Source of the DNA: Candidatus Dojkabacteria bacterium
GTDB taxonomy: Bacteria > Patescibacteriota > Dojkabacteria > B142 > WJKM01
Length of the DNA stretch: 64,000 bases
NCBI GenBank assembly: GCA_014729085.1
Contig: WJKM01000019.1
Span: forward strand, 836 to 64,835
Direction of reading: 5' to 3'
The notes under the pieces: model-generated
The model's input: only the letters and a program-made list of their open reading frames with translations
Database searches by the model: none
Told to the model about the DNA's origin: nothing
Translations under genes and position numbers: made by a program
In this document: positions 17,902 to 27,230 of the stretch, in pieces
How the letters are laid out: every line of letters starts with the position of its first letter
Position numbering within the stretch: the first letter of the stretch is position 1

Positions 17902-19146
17902 ATGGAAGATACAATCCTTAATATTGAATCCACTATAAACCCTACACTCTTCGGAATGTGGGATCATGATGGTGATGGAATTGGATTTTTTACTGAAATC
18001 CGATATGGCACAAATCCCAATTTAGCAGATACTGATGGTGATAATTTGGGCGATTATATAGAGATATACGATCCAATGTTTGATCCTACAAATAAAGACT
18101 CTGATGGCGATAATATATATGACTATACTGAATACCATTTACAACAGAGGCTCAATCCTAAGCTCAGAAATCGCATAGTTTTTAGCACAACACCAGATGA
18201 AGGATCTGAGGAGATAATGACTCCATTTGTTGGGGATCTAGACGACGAGATAATTACTACAATAGCAAACTCCTTAAATAATTTATCTGATCAACTTCCG
18301 CTTACTTGTGAGGATTTAATTGATCAATCTAATCCTCAACTAATTGTGAATCTATTCAACCATTACGAAGGACGTGGAGGCTTTGTCGAATTTCCAGATA
18401 AAGCTCCAAATATAATTAATATTGGTTTAAATACTAATCTATCTCTTAGGAATATAATAGCTCATGAATCATCTCATGCTTTATGTGATATCTCTACTGA
18501 TAATAGAGATACACCGACTTATGATCCACTAACTATTCCGCTCGAATATCGCCACTCAAGTAGAAACTTTGAAGTACATGGAATAAGAGAAGGACAACTT
18601 TTATTATCAGTTTATAACGAAAAAAAGGCATCCGAAATAAGAGAATGGCTTTCTTTCCAATATGGTGTAGAAGAATCTGCTCAAATTGGTGATAATGAAA
18701 TATTTCAAGTTCACACCCTATATTTCGATAATACTTTAATGGAAGTAAATGCAGTTTTTAATACTTATAGAGACTCAGAAGGCAAAATTGATCTTAGTGC
18801 ATTAGAAAGTGATTACGAAAGAAAAGCTTTAACTTTTTATGAAGAAATAAGCTCATATATAGAAAACATTTCTGGAAAAAATATGGACTTAAATGAATTC
18901 GGAAGGCTCATAAATGAATCACACAGTTATCCAGATCATAATGCTTCAGGAGATGTACTAACATATTTTTACGAAGCTTTGATCGAATATGCAGGGATTG
19001 AAGATGATCCAAATGCTAGACTTGATCTAAATAACAGAATTATGAATAGCTTGGGTAAATACATATTCATTGGACCAAGTAATATAATAACTAGACCTAA
19101 TGAAAATATTAATATAGAAAAATATTTCGAGTTACAGGATTATTAA
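17902..19146 (+). CDS. Acidic hypothetical protein with DxDGD Ca-binding repeats and HExxH motif
   Basis: DHDGDG, DTDGDN and DSDGDN repeats; IAHESSHA. Confidence 0.7.
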   Translation: MEDTILNIESTINPTLFGMWDHDGDGIGFFTEIRYGTNPNLADTDGDNLGDYIEIYDPMFDPTNKDSDGDNIYDYTEYHLQQRLNPKLRNRIVFSTTPDEGSEEIMTPFVGDLDDEIITTIANSLNNLSDQLPLTCEDLIDQSNPQLIVNLFNHYEGRGGFVEFPDKAPNIINIGLNTNLSLRNIIAHESSHALCDISTDNRDTPTYDPLTIPLEYRHSSRNFEVHGIREGQLLLSVYNEKKASEIREWLSFQYGVEESAQIGDNEIFQVHTLYFDNTLMEVNAVFNTYRDSEGKIDLSALESDYERKALTFYEEISSYIENISGKNMDLNEFGRLINESHSYPDHNASGDVLTYFYEALIEYAGIEDDPNARLDLNNRIMNSLGKYIFIGPSNIITRPNENINIEKYFELQDY

Positions 19147-19147
19147 T

Positions 19148-20974
19148 CTATCTAACTTTAGTACCAGATTCAATTTCTTTATCTGGATTAAGTAAAACTA
19201 CTTTTCCAGAGTCATCTGCTGCTAAAATCATTCCTTGGCTTTCTAAACCTCTAATAACTTTAGGCTCTAAATTAAACAAAACCGGAATTTGTTTTCCCAC
19301 CAGTTCTTCCGGAGAATAAAACTCTGCCAGTCCGGCCATAAGCTGTCTCTCTTCCTTACCTAGATCAACAATTAATTTTAGTAATTTATCTGCAGACTCT
19401 ACTTCTTCAGCCTTCTTAATTGTTCCAACACGGATATCCAATTTTGCAAAATCCTCATAACCAATTACAGCTTTTTCTTCTTTGTTTATATCTATATTAG
19501 CAGCTTTACTCAAACCAACAGCTTTTCTAATTTTTGCAAAAAGTTTGTCTGCAATTTTATTTGCTTTTTCTGCTCCCTTGATTCTCATGTCCTTTACATA
19601 ATCAATATTGTTTAATAATTCTTTCTTCTTTTTTCTAACATCTTTAAAATAATCCATGAAGGTTTCATATAATTTTTCCTTAATCTCCACATCTCCAATA
19701 TTTCCTGTTTTATATTTATCTTTCATCTCTTTTAATTCATCATTATTGTATTCCAGTAACTCAAGATAACTAAATGCAACATTTTTCTTTGGATCCCCTG
19801 GATCTGTAGGGTGTACTCTGGCAGGGTCGGTTGTAATTTTCATAATCTGTTGTCTTATCTTCTCCTCTTCTCCAAAAATAGATATGTCATTACCCAACGA
19901 CTTACTCATCTTTCTTTCTCCATCAATTCCCTTTACTCTAGCTACGTTTTTTCTAACGTATAATTTTGGAAGTTTAAGTGTTTTTCCATACCTTTTATTA
20001 AAATTACGTGCCATATCTCTGCATATCTCAACATGCTGAGTCTGGTCCTCGCCAACGGGTATTAAATCTGGTTCCAAAATTAAAATGTCAGCTGCCATTA
20101 AAACTGGATAAGAGAAAAGCCCCATACTAATATTGTCCTGAGCCACCTCTTTTTGTAATTTATCTTTATATGCATGCATTCTCTTAAGTTCCGCTATGGA
20201 TGTAACGTTATTTAAGATTGTCTGCAAATATGGAATTGCAGGTATATCGGATTGAACATAAAATGTAGTTTTTTCGGGGTCTATTCCAAATGCAATCCAT
20301 TCCATAAAAACATTCATAGTATTTTTCTCAACTTCCTTAGGATTAAATACAGTATTTAGAGCATGTATATTTGCAACAAAATAAAAACATTCTCCTCTAT
20401 CTTGAAATTCAACCTGTGGTTTTACAGCTCCGAAATAATTTCCAAGATGAAGACCTTTTGGAGAACTTGGAGTAATACCTGAAAGTACTCTTTTCTGTCC
20501 TCTAATGTATTGATAACTACAATCTACAACTTTCGGATTTGTCAATTTTTTAAGATCTTCGGGCCTCATCTTAATGTCCCATTCTGGATCCCCAAAACCT
20601 GAATAAACATATTCCTTCTCTAAAAGCGCCTTATCCATCACGTATTCTAAGTCTTCATGAAAAATGCTTACTGTACCTTTGTCAAAACCAAACTTTTTCT
20701 TTATTACTTCAGTATCTGCTGGCTGAATCTGTTTTAAATTTAATATTTTCTTCAACTTATTAATATCCACTTTTGTATCATCTCTCCTATAAACCCCAAT
20801 ATATCCTTTATCAGTTTTGAAAATCAAGGTAGATAATCCCTGATCATAGGTAAGGCCCATCTCAAAAATATACTCATCCACATCCGTCATTGGAGCATGC
20901 TTAATAAATTCGAAATCGTTAATGCCTAACTCTCTTAATAACTTCTCCTGTTCCTGAATATTTTTCGGCTTCAT
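19148..20974 (-). CDS. trpS: Tryptophan-tRNA ligase fused to an N-terminal YbaK/ProX-like domain and a C-terminal OB-fold tRNA-binding domain
   Basis: LSGITPS, HLGNY, YPVLMAADIL, PVGEDQ and KMSKS motifs; C-terminal DFAKLDIRVG...ESQGMILAA. Confidence 0.95.
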   Translation of the reverse strand: MKPKNIQEQEKLLRELGINDFEFIKHAPMTDVDEYIFEMGLTYDQGLSTLIFKTDKGYIGVYRRDDTKVDINKLKKILNLKQIQPADTEVIKKKFGFDKGTVSIFHEDLEYVMDKALLEKEYVYSGFGDPEWDIKMRPEDLKKLTNPKVVDCSYQYIRGQKRVLSGITPSSPKGLHLGNYFGAVKPQVEFQDRGECFYFVANIHALNTVFNPKEVEKNTMNVFMEWIAFGIDPEKTTFYVQSDIPAIPYLQTILNNVTSIAELKRMHAYKDKLQKEVAQDNISMGLFSYPVLMAADILILEPDLIPVGEDQTQHVEICRDMARNFNKRYGKTLKLPKLYVRKNVARVKGIDGERKMSKSLGNDISIFGEEEKIRQQIMKITTDPARVHPTDPGDPKKNVAFSYLELLEYNNDELKEMKDKYKTGNIGDVEIKEKLYETFMDYFKDVRKKKKELLNNIDYVKDMRIKGAEKANKIADKLFAKIRKAVGLSKAANIDINKEEKAVIGYEDFAKLDIRVGTIKKAEEVESADKLLKLIVDLGKEERQLMAGLAEFYSPEELVGKQIPVLFNLEPKVIRGLESQGMILAADDSGKVVLLNPDKEIESGTKVR

Positions 20975-21032
20975 TTAATTTACTTAAAAATTTATATATT
21001 AATTTTACTTAAATTTGGTTTATATAAAAAAC

Positions 21033-21053
21033 AAAAAACCTCCTGTACGGAGG
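21033..21053 (-). terminator. Attenuator terminator upstream of trpS
   Basis: CCTCC-GTACA-GGAGG-TTTTTT; antiterminator TGTACGGA pairs with TCCGTACA. Confidence 0.85.
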
Positions 21054-21088
21054 AATACTAGAAAGACATGCTGACATAATCCGTACAA

Positions 21089-21142
21089 TCAAATACGTTT
21101 CTGCCACCACATATTTTTTAATAAGAATATTTTATTTTTCAT
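21089..21142 (-). CDS. Trp attenuator leader peptide MKNKIFLLKNMWWQKRI
   Basis: ATG at 21142 to TGA at 21089 with TGG TGG; extended -10 TGCTATAAT at 21153-21161. Confidence 0.88.
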   Translation of the reverse strand: MKNKIFLLKNMWWQKRI

Positions 21143-21180
21143 AACTGAATCTATTATAGCAGAACTGTTGCTGTATGTCC

Positions 21181-21705
21181 CTAAGGTTCAGAAAATAAAG
21201 GAAGAAGCGGATCGGTAAAACGCGTTTGAACTCCTGCATTGTACCTATTTGGGAACCTTAATTCGCTTCCTTTTTTAGGTATACGACCAGGCTTAGGTTG
21301 GCATAAAGGTTGAAATATACATCTAGGGCAATTTTCTTGTATCAACTTTTTTGAACTCTTATCTGCAACAGCACTTACTTCCCCATATGAGTCCCCTCGT
21401 AATAAAGGTTGCTCCAAAAGCACCACATTTGCTTCTGGCCATGGAAACCCCAGTGGCATTATAGTTGAGGGAAATCCTATCCTTACATTCGGAACAGAAC
21501 TAATTCTACATCCTCCTACATCATTTGTTAAGAAACCTTCCCCTCTGTTTGTTACATAGCTTACTGAACTATCTAGATGATGTTCTAATAAGGCTTCACC
21601 CAGGATACTTTTAATAATTACAGGCGTCTTTGGGTCTTGTCTATATCCTAAAAGCCTCAAAATTTCTGTATATTCTGCTTTACTATATTCTTTATATTTC
21701 TCCAT
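21181..21705 (-). CDS. Hypothetical protein with CxxC...C cluster
   Basis: Probable start MEKYKEY at 21705, 11 nt after the upstream ORF stop. Confidence 0.55.
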   Translation of the reverse strand: MEKYKEYSKAEYTEILRLLGYRQDPKTPVIIKSILGEALLEHHLDSSVSYVTNRGEGFLTNDVGGCRISSVPNVRIGFPSTIMPLGFPWPEANVVLLEQPLLRGDSYGEVSAVADKSSKKLIQENCPRCIFQPLCQPKPGRIPKKGSELRFPNRYNAGVQTRFTDPLLPLFSEP

Positions 21706-21716
21706 TTCAAAAAAAT

Positions 21717-21935
21717 TTATCCTATAAGTTTTGTACTTGGTGTATCGCTCCCCCCACCAAGCTTCCCTGCATCTGTAGCTCCACAGGAAGGCATTTGTCC
21801 TCCATATTCTGGCCATATTTGTGCTGCTCTTTGCCATACTTTTGGATCAAACCTATCCATAGGAACAGGATCATCATTGCATATACAACCCGATAAAGGT
21901 TGTCCACACCCCCAACATCTTGGTTCTAGTTCCAT
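21717..21935 (-). CDS. Small Cys-rich hypothetical protein
   Basis: 72 aa with CWGC...CIC; AT-rich region upstream of the ATG. Confidence 0.5.
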   Translation of the reverse strand: MELEPRCWGCGQPLSGCICNDDPVPMDRFDPKVWQRAAQIWPEYGGQMPSCGATDAGKLGGGSDTPSTKLIG

Positions 21936-22053
21936 TCTATTTTTATAAATTATTTAATTATCCTTCTATTACAACTTTATCCTCAAACTCTTTCACAATC
22001 AAATTATTAATTTAACTTAATATGTAACCCAGTCTTCTCCGTCCCTCAAATCT

Positions 22054-22077
22054 AAAAAACCTCCATTTCTGGAGGTT
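22054..22077 (-). terminator. Terminator of a putative non-canonical attenuator
   Basis: AACCTCCA-GAAA-TGGAGGTTTTTT; upstream GGAGGTT can compete for AACCTCC. Confidence 0.8.
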
Positions 22078-22102
22078 CAATAAAAAACAAATCAAATACA
22101 TA

Positions 22103-22183
22103 TTAAACCTCCGTTACCTGTCTAACCCAGTTAGGATAGTAGGGGAGAAACTTAATTGTATTAGTAAATTGATTTGTATTCAC
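22103..22183 (-). CDS. Putative leader peptide MNTNQFTNTIKFLPYYPNWVRQVTEV
   Basis: GTG at 22183 to TAA at 22103; the 3' end carries the antiterminator segment. Confidence 0.5.
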   Translation of the reverse strand: MNTNQFTNTIKFLPYYPNWVRQVTEV

Positions 22184-22286
22184 GAGTCTTGTTAAAACCG
22201 ATTGTAAAATAACTTATTTATGTTATCAAGAATTATAACGAAAAAAAACTTGTAAAGTGTCGTTAAGAGTGTGTATGGCGAAGAAA

Positions 22287-23510
22287 TTAATAAGCATAAA
22301 CACTTTCTGGGGACTTCTTAACCTCGGAGGGCTCAACTCCTCCCTTATCTTTTTCAGACTCTTGTACATTTACACGCTTTACCCGCAAGAATGTAAGAAG
22401 TGCAAAAAACAATAGTAGAGCAACTATTGCTGCAAAAACTATAATAGCTAAAATATTAAATCCTGCAAAGTAATATGCAGCAAGCGCAAACAAACTAAAT
22501 ATTGAAATCTCAATTAATAATACCTGTTTTACAGTAAAGCCAAGCTTCATCAATCGATGATGAAAATGATGTTCGCCACTTATATTCATAAGTTTCCAGG
22601 GATTAAACTGCTTATATTTAATTAACCGACCAACCAAAACCCATATAAAATCTATAATTGGAAGAGCCAATAAAAGTATTGACGTAGTCATCTTACCATC
22701 TATCTTAATAGCAAAAATACCTAGTAGTATACCAAGTATTGTATTACCAATAGTACCGCCAATTATATATGCAGGAGGGAAATTAAATACCCAGAAGCCT
22801 AATACAGCACCTGTAAAAATTGCAGTTTGGGCTAACATATCATCCTTCCCAAATCTAATAGAAAGAAGCATTAATGTAGCTCCTGCAACTACGGACATAG
22901 TCTCCTCTAATGCATCAATACCTGCAACCCAATTCATGGAATTAATAATTACAATAAACCAAATGATTGTAATAATATCGGCAGGAAAAACAACCTTAAT
23001 TAAACCTTCCCAAAACGGTAATGAGAGTGTATATGCATCAAAGCTAAAAGAATGTCCAAAGATATGTATTGAAGTAATCCTTATGCCCCCAAGCACAATA
23101 ACCATAACTGCAAGAACCTGAAATGTCATTTGAATTCCACCATTGAGGTCTTTTATATCATCTATCAAGCCAACAATCATTAAAATAGTTAATCCAATAC
23201 CAATAGAGATTGAATATACTGTAAAGCCATTAATGAAAAACATTAAAACAATAAAAGCTATATATATTGCTAAACCACCTAAACGTGGTCTACTTTTAAG
23301 TGTCTTATCTTTTTTCCCCGTAATTTTTATCCTTCTTTTTGCAAACTTAGGTATATCGATTGCTTTTAAATACTTCGCTATTTTTGCAACAACTGGGGTC
23401 AGTATTAAGACAATGATGAAGCTTGTCGCTAATAAAGGAAAGACTTCTAATAATTTTTCGAAAATATATTCAAAGTTGATCATACTAATAATAAAACCAT
23501 TATCTGCCAA
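22287..23510 (-). CDS. MraY/WecA (TagO)-family polyprenyl-phosphate sugar-1-phosphate transferase
   Basis: PRLGG, GLIDD, NSMNWVAGID, FNFPPA and HFHHRL motifs; multi-pass membrane protein; start uncertain. Confidence 0.85.
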   Translation of the reverse strand: MADNGFIISMINFEYIFEKLLEVFPLLATSFIIVLILTPVVAKIAKYLKAIDIPKFAKRRIKITGKKDKTLKSRPRLGGLAIYIAFIVLMFFINGFTVYSISIGIGLTILMIVGLIDDIKDLNGGIQMTFQVLAVMVIVLGGIRITSIHIFGHSFSFDAYTLSLPFWEGLIKVVFPADIITIIWFIVIINSMNWVAGIDALEETMSVVAGATLMLLSIRFGKDDMLAQTAIFTGAVLGFWVFNFPPAYIIGGTIGNTILGILLGIFAIKIDGKMTTSILLLALPIIDFIWVLVGRLIKYKQFNPWKLMNISGEHHFHHRLMKLGFTVKQVLLIEISIFSLFALAAYYFAGFNILAIIVFAAIVALLLFFALLTFLRVKRVNVQESEKDKGGVEPSEVKKSPESVYAY

Positions 23511-23971
23511 ATAAAAATAAAATAAAGGGAAGAAATAAATATAATAGAAATATTTAAAAATTTGGATAACCTACGGTCAAATATATATATTTTGTAAGAT
23601 AAAAAAAAGATTGCTAATTCTAAAAATCCTATTAGTACAGGGAAAAAATAGAAAGATTCCTTTGGATAAGTATCTCTAACCGAAATTTCCTGAACAAAGA
23701 AAAAAGGTACTTCGTAAGGAAGTTTATTCCAAAAAACATAGGTAATCATAATAGGTACAATAATTGTAAAGAATATGGACACTAAGGAAAATACATTAAC
23801 GAAACTCTTCCAAAATATTGCTGTTTCAAACTTCCTTTCAAAGTCATATAAAGTATTTTTCAAGTTGTAAAAAAATTCAAACCTATTTTTTTCGAGCTCC
23901 ATTTTCATTTGAGGGCTTTTTTGTTCCAAAGGATGTGATTTTTCTTCTTTTTGTTTTTTTTGAAAAAACAT
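23480..23971 (-). CDS. Hypothetical membrane protein (DUF1648-like)
   Basis: Three hydrophobic segments; WNKLPYEVPF motif. Confidence 0.6.
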   Translation of the reverse strand: MFFQKKQKEEKSHPLEQKSPQMKMELEKNRFEFFYNLKNTLYDFERKFETAIFWKSFVNVFSLVSIFFTIIVPIMITYVFWNKLPYEVPFFFVQEISVRDTYPKESFYFFPVLIGFLELAIFFLSYKIYIFDRRLSKFLNISIIFISSLYFIFIWQIMVLLLV

Positions 23972-23992
23972 ATAAATGCCTATTTACTCAAA

Positions 23993-24685
23993 TTAGTTAT
24001 TCAATAAAGCCCATAATTTTTTGACTATTAACAATTCATTTGAAACAAACCCCTCCTCTTTTATAAGAATACCTGAATTCTTCTCTAGGTTTACAAGCAC
24101 AATTATTTTAGAATTAACTATTCTAAAAAAGTTTGGCTCCAGCTTTAATCCATCTGTAGAGGAATCCGACATTTTTTCCAGATTCACAAAATTTGTCCTC
24201 TCAATAAGCTTCTTAGCATCATTAAACAATCCATCTTTGACTTTACTTGATTCTTTTAAAACTCCAATTGCATATAATTCATTTTCTCTCTGTATTATCT
24301 TAAACAGTTCCTTGAGTTCTCTTTCCCCATTAAAAAATTTAACTTTAAATGCGCTCTCATTTTTGTTAAAAATAGCTGTAAGCTCTGAATATTTGGATTC
24401 CAAGCTACTTAGAATATAATTGACTTCATTCTTTTTCTTATAGACCAACTGAATTAAATGATCAGGAGAAGTTGCCTTAAAAAAACGACTTTTTCCAACC
24501 TGTCTTTCCTCGACTAATCCGAGTTTCATCAGTGTTGGAAGATATTCATAACAAGATGTTCTAGGAAGATCCGTGTGTTTTGCAATATCAATTACTCTCA
24601 ACATACCTTCTTCCAATAAACAAGTATATATTTTTGAATATTCAGAACCTAAGTTTAAATTATTAAATACATCATTTAAATTCAA
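23993..24685 (-). CDS. TrmB-family transcriptional regulator
   Basis: KIYTCLL...IAKHTDLPRTSCYEYL..L...GLV HTH. Confidence 0.85.
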   Translation of the reverse strand: MNLNDVFNNLNLGSEYSKIYTCLLEEGMLRVIDIAKHTDLPRTSCYEYLPTLMKLGLVEERQVGKSRFFKATSPDHLIQLVYKKKNEVNYILSSLESKYSELTAIFNKNESAFKVKFFNGERELKELFKIIQRENELYAIGVLKESSKVKDGLFNDAKKLIERTNFVNLEKMSDSSTDGLKLEPNFFRIVNSKIIVLVNLEKNSGILIKEEGFVSNELLIVKKLWALLNN

Positions 24686-24786
24686 GAAAAAGAAGATAAC
24701 AATTATTTCATATTATGGAATATCTATAATACATTTATACCACAATCAGTCAATTTTTACATATCCTAACTATTTATTTTAATACT

Positions 24787-26199
24787 TTACCTTACATAAA
24801 TAGCTATGTCTTCATCGCTTTTTGGACTCATACTCTGATTTGGTCTATAAACGCTAACCTCCAAAGAATTTTGAAGATAATTCAGTGTGTTATTTTTTTC
24901 TCCCTCTGAGTAATCAACTATATACACATCTTCATCTACCACATTGTCGAAAGTCTTGTTACTTTGAATTAAATTATAGATAGGATGTTCTGTTTCCAAC
25001 CAGTATTCAAACCAAACTGGTATATCTTCAAACTGGCCATTTACAGAATAAACAGCAACCTTTGCCTCCTCATCGTATACTTCGGGATTATCAATTATAG
25101 TCCTTATTAAATTTTTCACTTTGTAATAATTATCGTCCCTACAGCAAGGTTGATCATAATGTATTGGAGTCAGATAAAAACCAGGTCTGTTATGGATACC
25201 GTCTGGTGGACTATATGCGGGCCGTGCAATATAGTTATTTTTTCCACCTAATGAATCATCAAGGTAAATATGATATATTTTTGCATTCTTCGCTTTTGGA
25301 GCAAGAGTAAGACCTGCAATGATCTCCTCTATGTCTATCTTGGAATAAAGAGCTGTATCCCGGAATGAATCATATATATCTTTGATTTTTTGAGGAGAAG
25401 TAATACCTAACTTAATTAGACGATTTTTGAAAGTTTCAAGTATTATATGCTGTCTTCTGGAACGTACAAAATCGGAAGTGTTTTGCCTAGATCTGGCATA
25501 TCTTAAAAGTTGTTCACTATTTAAAAACTGAAGACCTTTTGATAATTCAAAATATTCGTATCCATCATCTACAGGATACATTTCATAAACATTTTCTGGA
25601 ATATCGATCCACAAGCCTTTCTCTCCCTTGAATTCTTCGCCCACCACATTAAAAATTTCATAATAAGTCTCAAATGAAATTAGGGAATAATAATTATTTT
25701 TAAAGCCAGTTATCTTTTCTGTATATTTAGTTAAGAAATCTATTCCATCTTCTCTGCAGTTTGAATCTTGTCCGTACTTATAAAATCTATTAATAGCTTT
25801 GTCATAGCCTTGGTTTGCACAATCCTCTTCAATCTCATAACCGGTATCCCTAGGAATTGTAATTAAAAATATATTATTCGTTTCATAATCATAAATTGCC
25901 TGAATAATAGTATCTACATTTCTATCCTTACCTGAAAATTCATATCCGTCAAAATCCAGTTCTCTGCTGTCGATCCCCATCAGTAAGACTGTAGTAAAGC
26001 CATTTGTTTTCTCAATATTTTCCAAAGTTGTATCTTGGAACATACCTAATACATTACCAAACTGTGTTTCAACATATTTTTTACTTTCCGCTAGAGGATC
26101 TACCTTTGAAATCATTAAATATGATCCTCCGAAAGAGATAACAAACAAGCATAAAAAGAATATTTTATATTTTGATAAAATTTTTATTATATTTTTCAT
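24787..26199 (-). CDS. LytR-CpsA-Psr (LCP) family protein
   Basis: N-terminal TM helix; LLMGIDSR, DTII, TIPRD, YARSR and SDFVRSRRQ motifs. Confidence 0.9.
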   Translation of the reverse strand: MKNIIKILSKYKIFFLCLFVISFGGSYLMISKVDPLAESKKYVETQFGNVLGMFQDTTLENIEKTNGFTTVLLMGIDSRELDFDGYEFSGKDRNVDTIIQAIYDYETNNIFLITIPRDTGYEIEEDCANQGYDKAINRFYKYGQDSNCREDGIDFLTKYTEKITGFKNNYYSLISFETYYEIFNVVGEEFKGEKGLWIDIPENVYEMYPVDDGYEYFELSKGLQFLNSEQLLRYARSRQNTSDFVRSRRQHIILETFKNRLIKLGITSPQKIKDIYDSFRDTALYSKIDIEEIIAGLTLAPKAKNAKIYHIYLDDSLGGKNNYIARPAYSPPDGIHNRPGFYLTPIHYDQPCCRDDNYYKVKNLIRTIIDNPEVYDEEAKVAVYSVNGQFEDIPVWFEYWLETEHPIYNLIQSNKTFDNVVDEDVYIVDYSEGEKNNTLNYLQNSLEVSVYRPNQSMSPKSDEDIAIYVR

Positions 26200-26364
26200 A
26201 ATCTATAAATTATACGATATATAAATCAATCTGTTACAATTAATTTAACCCGAATTACATTAATAATCTTTTAAGAAAGAATAGTATATTCGAAGATTAT
26301 CCACTGTTATCTATCAATATTCGGCTCATTGTATAATATACAACTTAAATCTCAAAATCAATAA

Positions 26365-27093
26365 ATGCTAGAAATAAAAAATCTCGAAGTAAGAACTGGA
26401 GATAAATTAATAATCAATAATTTTAACTTGGATATAAACCCAGGAGAGACGCATGTTCTAATGGGACCAAATGGAAGCGGAAAAAGTACTCTATGCAAGG
26501 CAATAATGGGACATCCAAAATACACAATCACTAAGGGATCAATTAGTGTTAATAAAAAAAATATTAAAAATTTGGAATCACACGAAAGAGCAAAACTTGG
26601 ACTATTTGTTGCAATGCAACATCCAACAGAAATCCCCGGTGTAAACTTCTCGAACTTTTTAAGGCTTGCATATAATTCAAGATTTGGAAAGGATAAAAAG
26701 ATACCGGTTTTTAAGTTTAGAAAAATACTTAAAGATAAACTAAAAATTTTAGATTTCTCTGAAAAATTTCTTGAAAGAAATCTAAACGAAGGATTTTCGG
26801 GCGGGGAAAAAAAGAAAGCGGAGATTCTACAGCTTGCGGTATTGGAACCTAAATATGCTATTTTAGATGAAACAGACTCCGGTTTAGATATAGACGCACT
26901 AAAAACAGTTTTTAATGGATTGAAAGAAATCCAGAACAAAAATAAGCAAATGGCTTTTCTTATAATTACTCATTATGAAAAAATCTTTGAATTCATCAGT
27001 CCAGATTTTATTCATGTTTTTAAAGACGGGAGTATAGTAGAAACCGGAGGAATGGAAATTATAGAGAAAATTCATAAGCAAGGATATCTATAA
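26365..27093 (+). CDS. sufC: Fe-S cluster assembly ATPase SufC
   Basis: GPNGSGKST, NEGFSGGEKK, ILDETDSGLDID and ITHY motifs. Confidence 0.95.
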   Translation: MLEIKNLEVRTGDKLIINNFNLDINPGETHVLMGPNGSGKSTLCKAIMGHPKYTITKGSISVNKKNIKNLESHERAKLGLFVAMQHPTEIPGVNFSNFLRLAYNSRFGKDKKIPVFKFRKILKDKLKILDFSEKFLERNLNEGFSGGEKKKAEILQLAVLEPKYAILDETDSGLDIDALKTVFNGLKEIQNKNKQMAFLIITHYEKIFEFISPDFIHVFKDGSIVETGGMEIIEKIHKQGYL

Positions 27094-27230
27094 AATACAC
27101 CGTGCTAAAGCATACAGTTTCAATTCGGAACATTGATCCTTCCATTTTTCGGTTACTTTCTAAAAAACTTACTGATATTATGTATACTGAATAAATTTTC
27201 CAGACATAATATTAACCTTTATATCCATCC

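Noticed and set aside
21706-21837. Longer start for 21181..21837 containing a WW pair
   Set aside because: It overlaps the 72-aa ORF in another frame and has no associated terminator, so it is not a Trp leader.
27099-27120. GTGCTAAAGCAT mini-palindrome reminiscent of IS200/IS605 ends
   Set aside because: Too short and degenerate; no tnpA/tnpB or second end nearby.
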